Positions 51,501 to 61,684 of a stretch of DNA of 64,000 nucleotides are shown piece by piece. Both the position numbers and the translations under genes were made by a program. Each line of letters begins with the position of its first letter. Position 1 is the stretch's first letter. The notes under the pieces are model-generated. The model was not told the DNA's origin and did no database searches. It was given only the letters and a program-made list of their open reading frames with translations. Origin of the DNA: Mobula hypostoma (Eukaryota); contig NC_086109.1 of assembly GCF_963921235.1 (NCBI RefSeq), positions 30,816,001 through 30,880,000 of the forward strand. Direction: 5' to 3'.

Positions 51501-53743
51501 AGGACAAAGTGACAGCTATTAAGGAGGCCCCAACCCCTAAGATTGTCATGGAACTCAGATCATATTTGAGCATGGTGAATTATAATGGCAAGTTTCTTTC
51601 TGACCTCTCAAGGGCTTTGACCCCACTGTATAAACTGCTTCATAATGACACTAAGTGGCAGTGGGGTGAAGAGCAGGAGAAAGCTTTCAAGGAAGTGAAA
51701 GAACTTCTCCACTCAGCGAAGCTGCTTGTTCACTATGACCCAGACAAGGAGATCACCCTTGTATGCGATGCCTCGCCCTATGGAGTCAGGGCAGTTCTCT
51801 CACATGTAATGGAGGACCGTTCAGAGAAGCCTATTGGTTGTGCTTCACGTACCCTGACAGCTGCTGAGAAGGGATATTCACAGCTAGACAAAGAAGTTCT
51901 GGCCATTGTTTTTTTGCAGTCAAACGCTTTCATCAGTACCTTAATGGACATGCATTTACTATTTATACAGACCATAAACCACTGATGAGCCTGTTCTGTG
52001 AGACTAGATGCATCCCACCGCTAGCCTCAGCCAGGATACAGCGTTGGGCTCTTACATTGTCAGCCTACCGGTACACTATAGTGTACAGAGTGGGTGGGAA
52101 TAATGCAAATGCTGATGCACTGAGTCGACTACCTTTACCTGAGACACCTATTTCTACATATGTGCCTCCAGAGACTGTGTTTCCATTGGAGAGGTTGTCA
52201 GAGACACCTGTAAAGGTGACCCAGATCAGGCAGTGGACAGAGAGGGACCCAGTCCTAACCCAAGTCAAGACTTTTCTTTTACAAGGCTGTCCCAGAGCCG
52301 TGGAAGGAGAGGAACTGAGGCCTTCTGCCAAACGCAAGACAGTACTTAGTCTGCAGGATGGCTGTATTTTCTTGGGGGTGAGTATCATCGTACCTTCCCC
52401 TGGCCGTTCACAGATTGTGGAAGAAATTCATGAGACTCACCCAGGAGTGTGTCTAATGAAAAGCCTTGCAAGATCCTATGTTTGGTGGCCAGGAAAAGAT
52501 CAGGAGCTGGAGAACAAGGTAAAATCATGCACGCAATGTCAGACTAATCAGAATATGCCACCACCAGCTCCTTTGCACCCATGCGAGTGGCCAGACCACC
52601 CCTGGTCTAGGCTACATTTGGACTTCGCTTTTATGGGGCAGATGTTTCGTGTAATAGTAGATGCGCATTCTAAATGGATCGAAGCTCACATCATGAGCAA
52701 CATCACAGCCCCCTCAACCATCGACAAACTCAGGCAAGTGTTTGCAGTCCACGGGTTGCCTGACACTCTGGTTACTGATAATGGCCCAACGTTCACCAGT
52801 GAGCTGTTCAGTGAGTTCATGCAGCAGAATGGCATTCATCACATTCGGACGGCCCCTTTCCACCCAGCCTCAAATGGTGTGGCTGAGCAGGGTGTTCAGA
52901 CAGTGAAGGCAGGCCTGAAGCGGGTGACAGGGGACTCTCTTAGCATCCGGCTTTCACGTTTCCTGTTTAAATGCTGCCTCACGCCACAGACTATGACTGC
53001 CCTCACTCCAGCAGAGATGCTGATGGGGCGTAGGCCCACGTCAAGATTGGACCTGCTGCGCCCGGACATGATGGCAAAAGTGAGACAGACTACTGCGGAT
53101 GCATGTTCACCATTGACTTTGCCAGAGGGTGAGACGCTGGCATAGGGATCAGGGTCCCCTGAGGAGGATGGACATTCTCACGCAGACATACAGACCCCTC
53201 TCATGTCCGCAACACCAGATCCACCCAAAACACCTTCACCAGCAGTGCTTGCTGGGTCACTGTGGGCAGTGCGCAGATCACAGCGCACTCGTAAACCTCC
53301 TGACAGACTGAATCTTTGACGGGACAGTTCTTTCTTTCTTGTTGTTGTTAGATTGAATTTTGGATCTGTCGTGTTTTCCAGATGTTTTGTATTGGTAAAC
53401 TGTTGCTGAGATACTAATATAAGTTTTCAGGGGTACGCAAGATAATAACACCACTGTTTTTATTTCCTAGTTTTTTACAATTGGGGATGTTGGATTTTAA
53501 AGGGGGAGAAATGTTGTAATGTGAGCATTATTAAAAGTAAGTTAATACTAATTAGGATAATGCGGGGTGGGGTTCTACTTCCATTCTTTTTGCTTCCGGT
53601 GTGCTGTGTATATAGTGTGCCTGCCATGCCGTATGGGTTGTAAAAGCCCCTGTATATACATAATGGTTTTGAAGTTCGATATAAAGTTGTTTCTTTGTCA
53701 TGAAGTTGTCGAGTGTTCTTTTTTCAAACTAGAAGTTACTACA
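48501..53743 (+). mobile_element. Ty3/Gypsy LTR retrotransposon, family A copy 2 (CR1 insertion, internal deletions)
   Basis: LTRs 48501-48737 and 53512-53743; PBS TGGCGACGAGG 48744-48754 (tRNA-Ser(GCU)-like); perfect 5-bp TSD TGGAG; collinear with copy 1; protease core deleted at ~50622. Confidence 0.95.
49327..50256 (+). mobile_element. Young 5'-truncated CR1 inserted in gag of Gypsy A copy 2
   Basis: ORF 49317-50096 SGVPQG..LYKTLVRPHLEYCVQFWSP..; tail TTCTATGTTCTATG; host gag GMEM|AANNVKD is split at this point. Confidence 0.93.
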
Positions 53744-55099
53744 TGGAGGAGTGGTGACCACTTTTAGTCTGGCAACTACCCTTTGGCCTGTTCAGCATGG
53801 GTGACCCTACCAAGAGCTAAAGCACTAGGCCCTGACTCCAGCCAACATGTGTCATTGAGGTATGCAAGCCACCAAACCCTGCAACAAGATTGCGGACCTC
53901 TTGGAGGGAAGTACAAGGGTTATAAGGAAAGGGAGGAAAAAGATCTGATGGACTCTACAATCAGCAGTTTCCAGTTTGTCATACAGGTGCAAATAAACCA
54001 TGCCACCCATACCCCTCACTCCTCAAATCAGTTTCCTCCTATTTTAACAATTTGTTGTTTTATCAAATCAAAGTTTCTAATGTTAAATCATTAGTTAATA
54101 TATTAATTTGGCTGTGCAGATGTGATGACTGCCTGACAAACTCAGTACTCTGCCCCTGTTTATTTAATTTTATTCTTTTTATAATTTTTTGAATTTCTGG
54201 GGTCGGTATATTTATAACAATAGATATGGGAATTAGCTCTGGGTGTTTACCCACTGAGGATTGGAATTGACATCTTGCTTCAGCGTGGTGGACAAAATGC
54301 CTTTTAAAATCATCCTTAAGAAGATGCCACAAAGAATGATAGTTATTAGGGGGAGCATCTCAAGTGGATAGAAAGTGGAAGCAACTTCAGACAATGCTGG
54401 ATTCAAAAGAAACATTAAGTTATTTTGAGTCAGCTAAAGAGTGATAACCATCACATTGCTATGTTGTAACAAGGACAAGGCGTTCTGCAATTTTGCCTTA
54501 ATCTGGGAATTCTAGTTAAACATAGACAGTTGAAGTTTAACTTCAATCTGTCAACAGTGTGATCAATGGCTTCCAGCATATTATCTCTTCATGCAGCTCC
54601 TATTCTAATATATGTAAATCAGTATTACTTGTCTTAATGTACTGTATATAACAGTTGGTAAGGCTCAGTTTACTGCCTCCTCTAGGTTAGGGTACTAAAT
54701 GCGATTGTACCCTGAATTAAGTTGGGGTACTAATAGTCATCAGCCACTTTGAAACATGCTTTTTTAAACTTTGCTAGTGATATGTGGACTTGAAGTGCTG
54801 TGTCGCAGCAGTTCTGTGCTGAAGTGGGTGAAGGACATCAAAAGCAAGTCGCACAATGAGGCAGTAAGTTCCAGTCTATTCATGAACGCTGCTGCATAAT
54901 GTAATAGAAATTTAGGCCACATTGCTGGCACCGTGACCTTCAGAAAACATTGCACACTAAATTTGCATACTTTTGTCATGCAGCTATGAGTTGACCCTCA
55001 GAAAGGAAAGGAGCTGTGAGATTTAGGTAAAAGTGATGCAGCATTTTGTTTATTTTATGTTCCTCATACTCCGAGCAGCAATACGAAGAGACTTTGACC

Positions 55100-55984
55100 A
55101 CTATTCCATAAGAGACGCGAAGTCAATGTAAACAACTTCCACTGCCCTTCCCTCATCAGTCATCTTCAGCACTTCATCAAAATTTACAATTAAATTTGTG
55201 CGACAGGGCCTTCTGCAGTAATCATACTGACTATCCTTCATAAATCCGTATTTTTTTCAAATACATCATGTCCATAATATTTTTTCCAATAATTTCCCTA
55301 CCACTGATGTAATGCTTATTGGTCTATAACTAGAGGTACAGTTGACGTTTCGCGCCGAGACGTCGACTGTACCCCTTCCTATAGATGCTGCCTGGCCTGC
55401 TGCATTCCACCAGCATTTTTTATGTGTGTTGCTTGAAATTCCAGCATCTGCAGATTTCCTCATGTTTGGTCTATAATTGCTTGGTTTGTCCCTGTTGCCC
55501 TTCATAAACAAAGGGACAACAGCATGTATTCTCCAGTCTCCTGGCACCTTGCCCATGGATAAAAGGATACAAAGATCTCTATCAAATACCAGACAATCTT
55601 CCTCGTTTCCCTCAATATCCTGCGAAAGATCTTATAGGTCTTGGATACTTGACGATCTTAATGTTTTTCAGGACCTTTACCCTGATAATGATGTGGGCTA
55701 AAGGCCTAAAATATCAGAGTACCTCTCTCTAATCTCATCTTCATCTACAGCCTCATTTGTAAATACCAATGTGAAGTATTCATTAAGGATCTCACCCACT
55801 TCCCTCTATCATTTGCATAAATTACTCCATTGTCATTAAGTGGACTTGCCTTTTCTCTAGCTATTGCCTTGCTGGCATTACACATATAACGTCTCTTAGG
55901 ATTCTCCTTAATCCAGCTTGTCAAGGACATTTCACCCTCTATAAGCCATCTTTCTTGCTTCCTTAATATTTCTTAAGACCTTTC
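55100..55984 (-). mobile_element. Decayed CR1 fragment, probably continuing at ~59302-59470
   Basis: GKVPGDWRI..VVPLFMKG..PSNYRP..ISITSVVGKLLEKI; WIKENPK. Confidence 0.8.
55330..55465. mobile_element. PLE-derived insertion with short inverted head, 11-bp TSD
   Basis: TTGGTCTATAA at 55319-55329 and 55466-55476; head GGTACAGTTGACGTTTCG folds against CGAGACGTCGACTGTACC. Confidence 0.85.
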
Positions 55985-58900
55985 TGTTGCATATTTAATA
56001 TTCCACTAATATTTGAGTAATATTGTAAATGTCATTTGATTAAGCATCCTTTATTGTCTACATAATGTATTGTGGGTTATATGTAAAAGTACATTAAATG
56101 CAACATTTCATTATGCACCAAGTCATACATGTGCATCTCACTTAAAGTTAGACTCACAATCTAGACTCTCCAAGTTTTCCTTTTAATTAGTTTTTCATGT
56201 GTTGGAGTTCCAAAACATAACTGTGGCGATAAGGATGGGGTTGGAAAACACATACACATCAAGGGTGAAACAGTGTTAAATGAAAATGCCACACTCAAGT
56301 TTTACAAAGTCTGTCCGGTTCCTTATACCAGCCGTGATAAAGAAGTCAGTGAGCTAAATCGCCTGGAGGCCAAAGGCACTCTTTCTAAGGCTGAGTGGAG
56401 TCCATGGACAGTGGTCCCAGTAGCTAAGGAGAATGGGTCTGTCAGGGTCTGTCGTGATTTTAAGGTAACTATCAACGTAGTACTGAAAGTAGATCAAAAC
56501 CTCTGCCTAGGGTGGGAAATATCTTTACAAACCCTTCTGAAGGGAAACACTTCAGCAAAGTGGACTTAGCTGAGGCCAACCTACAGATGCAGATGGAAGA
56601 AGAGTCCAACATGTTTCTCACTGTAAACACTCATAAAGGGCTCTTTTGCTATAATAGGCTTATTTTTTGGAGTAGCATCTGTACCTGCACTCTGGCAGAA
56701 AGATATGGACCAGATGCTCCAATTCTACCCAGGCACACAATGTTATCTGACTGGCATTATTGCTACTGGTAATGATGATAAGGAATATCTCCAAAATGTC
56801 AAGATAGTGTTAAGTAGATTAGAAGGTTAAGGGCTCAGAGCATGATGCACATCAAGTGTGAATTTTTTAAACCAACCATCACTTGCTGTGGTCACACTAT
56901 TGTCACACAAGGATTACACAGGTGTGTTTAGAGAATTCAAGCAGTAGTAAATGCTCCAAGGCCCAAGGCTGTGTCTCAGTTAGGGTCATTTTTTAGGATT
57001 TGTCAATTAGTATAACAGGTTCCTGCCAAACTCATTACTACAGAGCCAGACAAATCAGTGTGAGAAGGCTTTCAAAAGGGTAAAGGAAATGGTGATGTCA
57101 GATAAAGTACTCACACATTATGATCCATATAGTCCAGTGAAGCTTGCTTGTGACACCTCGTCTTAGGGTAGAGATGCAGTCATGCCACATTCTATCGGTG
57201 ATGGAAGTAAACGCCCCATAGACTTTGTGTCAGGTTCTCTTACTGCCGCAGAGCAAACGGACACACGATTTGACAGAAAAGCCTCGAGCCTGGTTTGAGG
57301 TGTAAAAAGTTTCAATTAGTACCTGTATGGGAGAGAGTTTAGCCTAGTTACCGATGATCAACCACGAGCATCCATTTACAAACCATGGCTGAGTGTTGTA
57401 CTAACAGCAGCAGCACAGGTGCAGAGCTGGGCTCTGTTTCTTGGAGGACAGATATACAAGGTTGAATTCAAGAGGAGGAGATGATGACTAATCATAGAAA
57501 TGCTGATGGATTGTCCCATTTGTCCTTGGGAGGGGGGTGGGGGTAAGGGAAGGATCCCTGAAAAAGTTACTCAAGGGAACACTCCTCTTGAAGTATCCTC
57601 ACTAATGCAAACTGAAAGTCTCCCATTTATGGCAGTGCTGATCTAAAGGGAAACCAGAAATACCCCACACTGTCTCAGGACAATATGGCAACCCAGCATG
57701 GCTAGAATGTGCAGCAGAAATTCCAGTTCTTCCATTTTTTACCAGCACTAGGATGAAGCTGTCCTTGATAGGGTTGCCTTATGTGCCGATTTACAGTTGT
57801 TGTACCATCCAAGCTGTGAGCTATAGCATTGGAGCAACTACATACCCGGTCATCCAGACATGGTCAAAATGAAAATGTTGGCTCAAAGTTTAGTCAGCTG
57901 GCCTGTGATTGATCAGCCGATCAAGCAGCTTGTCATGCACTGTTTGGGATGCCAACATGTCCAGTTGATGCCAAGAGCAGTGCCTCTCTATCCCTGGGAA
58001 ATGCCTGCATTGCTCTGGCAGAGTATTCACGTGGATTTTGCTGGACCATTCATGGGCACAAATTTCTTGGTAGCAATGAATGCAGCTACAAAGTGGACAG
58101 AAGTGTTCACAACAGCCTCCACTACAGCCTTGTACACTGTTAATGTGCTGAGCAGCCTCTTCTCAAGGCTTGGGGTTCCAGATCACTTAGTCAGTGACGA
58201 TAGACCACGTTTTGATGCGGAAGAGTTTCACTCATTCCTGAAAATGAATTGAGTGGGACATATTAGATCTGCACTGTACCACATAGCTACAAATGACTTG
58301 GCAGAAATGTTTGTCCAGTCTAAAGAATGCATTGCCAGCAATGTCAGCAGAGCACACTACACTGACACCGAGTCAGAAGCTCACCAATTTCTTCTTTGCA
58401 TATCGTAATGCAGCACACTCCATAATCAGCAGCTCATGAGCTATGCTGTTCCTGGGTTGTCCCTTGTGTTTGCACTTGGATCTTCTCAAACCCAATCTCA
58501 GTAGGAGTATACCGGACAGACAGCTGAGACAAATTGAATGCTCCTCAAGGATAGAGGTACAATGTTTCACTCCTGGACAAGCAATTCTGGCGAGGGACTA
58601 CAGAAGGGATAAGAAGTTAGATACTCAGAAAGATTAAGGACAAAACTGGACTACTGTCTTACACAATGGAGATTATGTCTGATATCATCTGGAGGTAACA
58701 CATCAATTAGTTGAGGAGAGCAGAGTCAATTGTAAGAGAAGAAAGGTGTCCAGGGCTGTCAGAATCATTTTCTGCAGTCCCAGAGTCAACTCTTGCAACC
58801 ACCATGGAGGAGGTCCCAGGATCTGAGATGGTTTTATAGCCACAAGTCTCACCTGCCAAGCGGAGTGATTCCTCTTGTCAAGAAAGACGTTATCCCACAC

Positions 58901-59301
58901 AAGTAAGAAGGCCTCAACAGCGATTAAATCTTTAGGCCTGAATGGAACAAATTAAAATTTATTATACTGTGGATGTTTGTATAGTAGTTGTATTATTTAG
59001 TATACTGTACATATAGTTGAGATGCATCCTATATGGAGTTGGAGTTTATAGCTAAGCAGGGAGGGGTGTTGTGTATTTAATATTTCAGTAATATTGTAAA
59101 TATTTTATTAAGCATTCTTTATTGCTTGCATAATGCATTGTGTTATATGTAAAAGTACGTCAATAGTATATGTCTTTACACTGATAGGTCATAAGTGCAC
59201 ACTTTGCTTAAAGTAAAGACAAAGTTAGACTCGCATTCTGCACTCCTTGTAGTTTTTCTTTCAATTAGTTTTTTTTATATTTTGGAGTTAGAAAATGTAC
59301 A
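55985..59301 (+). mobile_element. Ty3/Gypsy element family B, old, lacking gag and protease
   Basis: LTRs ~55985-56222 and 59067-59301; PBS TGGCGATAAGGATGGG; PPT AAGCAGGGAGGGG; RT VVPVAKENGSVRVCRDFK, HFSKVDL; RH LACD; INT IHVDFAGPF. No clean TSD. Confidence 0.88.
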
Positions 59302-60000
59302 TCTTGTTTAGTTTCAGTTTCTGAATCATTGATATTCTTGCTTTCTCTCTTTGACCAAATATGAAATCTACTGTCATTAAGTTTCTCAAAACTTTCTATC
59401 CTTGTCTTTCATTTGCACAGGAACTGCTACTCTAAACTCTAATCAACTGGCCTTAAAGACTCCCAAATGTTGAATGTGAAATTACCATCAAATCTATGCT
59501 ATTCCCTTTCACCCACCTTCGGCCTGTATCCTTTTTCTTCTTTCCTATTGAAGTACCTGATCAAATGCTTTTTAAATATTGTAATGTTATCTGTCTCCAC
59601 TATTTATTTTTGCAGTTTGTTCCAAATATTCACCATTATCTGTGTGAAAACATTATCTCCTTTAAATAACCTGTACCTTCTCATTTTGTACTCCCCTGCA
59701 CTAGGAAAATTATTCTGGCTCTTGATCCTGTCTATGCCGCTCATAATTTTGGAAACCCCTGTCGGGTCACCCCCTTGGCCTCCTACATTTCCATGAGAAT
59801 AAACCCAGCCTATCCCATCTTTCCTTGTAACTACAGCTCTTCATGCTAGTCAACATCTGGGTGAACTTCTTCTGCAGTTTCACTTATAACCTTCTTTGTG
59901 TGGCAACTAGAACTGTACATAGTACTCCTAAGTGTGGTCCAAGCAATGTTTTGTACAACTGCAAAATGGCAAAATAAATGTTATACTCAATGCCTTAGCC

Positions 60001-61070
60001 TAGTGGTCACCAATCTTTTAAAGCCCAAGATCCCCTACCTCGGCCTTAGTGAAAGGCAAGATCGACCTACTAAATCGGTTAGTCACACGCATGTGCACTG
60101 GGCAAAAAAGACCGGAAATAAAACCCCACAACCCGGAAACAACCTCTCTTTACAAACAGCTTTCAGTAGCAGGAGTATTGCTATATTACCATTATCATAA
60201 TTAGTATTACTTATTTTTATAATGCTCACATTACAACACCTTTAAATCTATGTTTCATTATTTAATTTTATTTCAGCATGAAAAATTAATGAATAAAAAT
60301 TGACTGTTGAATTCAGTGTGATGACTGGGGCTGAATACTTTCTGCTAGTTCCCTGAAATTTGGCTCATAACTACAGACAGCCAGTCTGAGACAGTCTGTG
60401 AGGTGTCTGTCAATAAGACAGCTCCTGTACTTAGATTTCATAATTTTCATCTGTTGCAGCATAGCGCCCTCGCAAATCTCCTGACAGACTGAATATTTGA
60501 ATGGACAGTTTCCTTTGCTCGACTGAATGTTGAATCTGCCACGTTTTTCAGGTGTTTTTTATTGGTAAACTGTTAGTAAGACACTAGTATAAGTTTCAGA
60601 GGTACGCAAGATAATGACACTACTGTTTTTTGTTTCCCAGTTATTTACATTTGGGGAATGTTGGAATTTAAAGGGGGAGAAATGTTGTAATGTGAGCATC
60701 ATAAAGATGTTAATACAAATTAGGATAATGGTAATATAGCAATACCCCCACTACGGAAAGTTGTTTGTAAAGAGAGGTTGCTTCCTGGTTGCGGGGTTTT
60801 ACTTCCGGTCTTTTCTACCACGGTGCCTGGCTACACACATGCACACTGGACAGAAAGAACGGAACTAAAACCCCGCAACCCAGAAACAATCTCTTTACAA
60901 ACAGCTTTCAGTAGCAGCAGTATTGCTATATTACCATTATCCTAATTAGTATTACTTATTTTTATAATGCTCACATTACAACAGTACTTGTGTATTTATT
61001 TTTCATTTTTTTCGGGATCTACTGGGAAAGTCTCAAAGGCCGATCGCAATCGACCGGTTGGCGACCACTA
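60001..61070 (-). mobile_element. Non-autonomous hAT (Charlie-type) transposon carrying Gypsy LTR fragments
   Basis: Perfect 8-bp TSD CCTTAGCC (59993-60000, 61071-61078); TIRs TAGTGGTCACCAATC / GGTTGGCGACCACTA; GATCkAC subterminal motifs; internal transposase remnant. Confidence 0.92.
60313..60456 (-). pseudogene. hAT transposase C-terminal remnant
   Basis: My translation QQMKIMKSKYRSCLIDRHLTDCLRLAVCSYEPNFRELAESIQPQSSH* fits the Charlie/GTF2IRD2-type C-terminus (MK..KSKYRSxLTDxHL..CLR..QxSH*). Confidence 0.85.
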
Positions 61071-61684
61071 CCTTAGCCCATGACAAGCATACAAAATGCC
61101 TTTTTGACTACTCTTTCCACCTGTGTCACCCCTTTCAGAGAGCTCTTGACTTGCACTTTGAGGTCTTTCTGTGCTCCTAATAACCCTGTCATTTACTCTG
61201 TAAATCCTGACAAAATTTGACCTCCGAAGCTCACACTCTAAATCAAATTCCATCTGCTACCCACTCCACTCAACCTTCTGGCTGATCTATGTCCTGCTGA
61301 AGTTTAAGCCTTCTTTGCTATCTATGATATCACCAGTATTTGTCAGTAAACTTACTAATTGTATCTTCTGCATGTTCATTCATTTCATTTATATAAGTCA
61401 AACAAACAACATGGTAGACCACGTTGCAGAATTGCAGTCAGAAAAATATCCTTCCACTACTACCCTCTGCCTCTCATCACCAAGAAATTTTGGATCTAGT
61501 TTACCAAAAAGCCTCAGATCCTTTGTGGTTAAAATTGCAAACCAACATATAATGCAGGGCTTTGTCAAAAGCCTTACTAAAGTCCATATAAGCAATATCT
61601 ATCTCCCTGCCTTCATCAAACCCCTTGGTTACCTCCTCAAAAAAAAATCAAATTTGATCACTCCTGCAAAAAAAAGACATTGGA

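Larger units (their letters stand above)
48325..53907 (-). mobile_element. Short RTE-related non-autonomous element (48325-48500 + 53749-53907) split by Gypsy A copy 2
   Basis: Minus strand has a BovB/Expander-like head CTTGTTGCAGGGTTTGGTGGCTTGCATACCTCAATGA and an RTE-like 3' end ..GCTGCCTTAAATACCGGAGGTGTAACGGGCAGTATGTAAG. Confidence 0.55.
59500..61640 (-). mobile_element. Decayed CR1 fragment split by the hAT element
   Basis: DMDFSKAFDK-like at ~61560-61600 and RQRVVVEG at ~61450; CR1 sequence continuous across the CCTTAGCC target. Confidence 0.75.

Noticed and set aside
34445..53743. Gypsy A copies as a segmental duplication
   Set aside because: Similarity stops exactly at the LTR ends, and TSDs and flanks differ.
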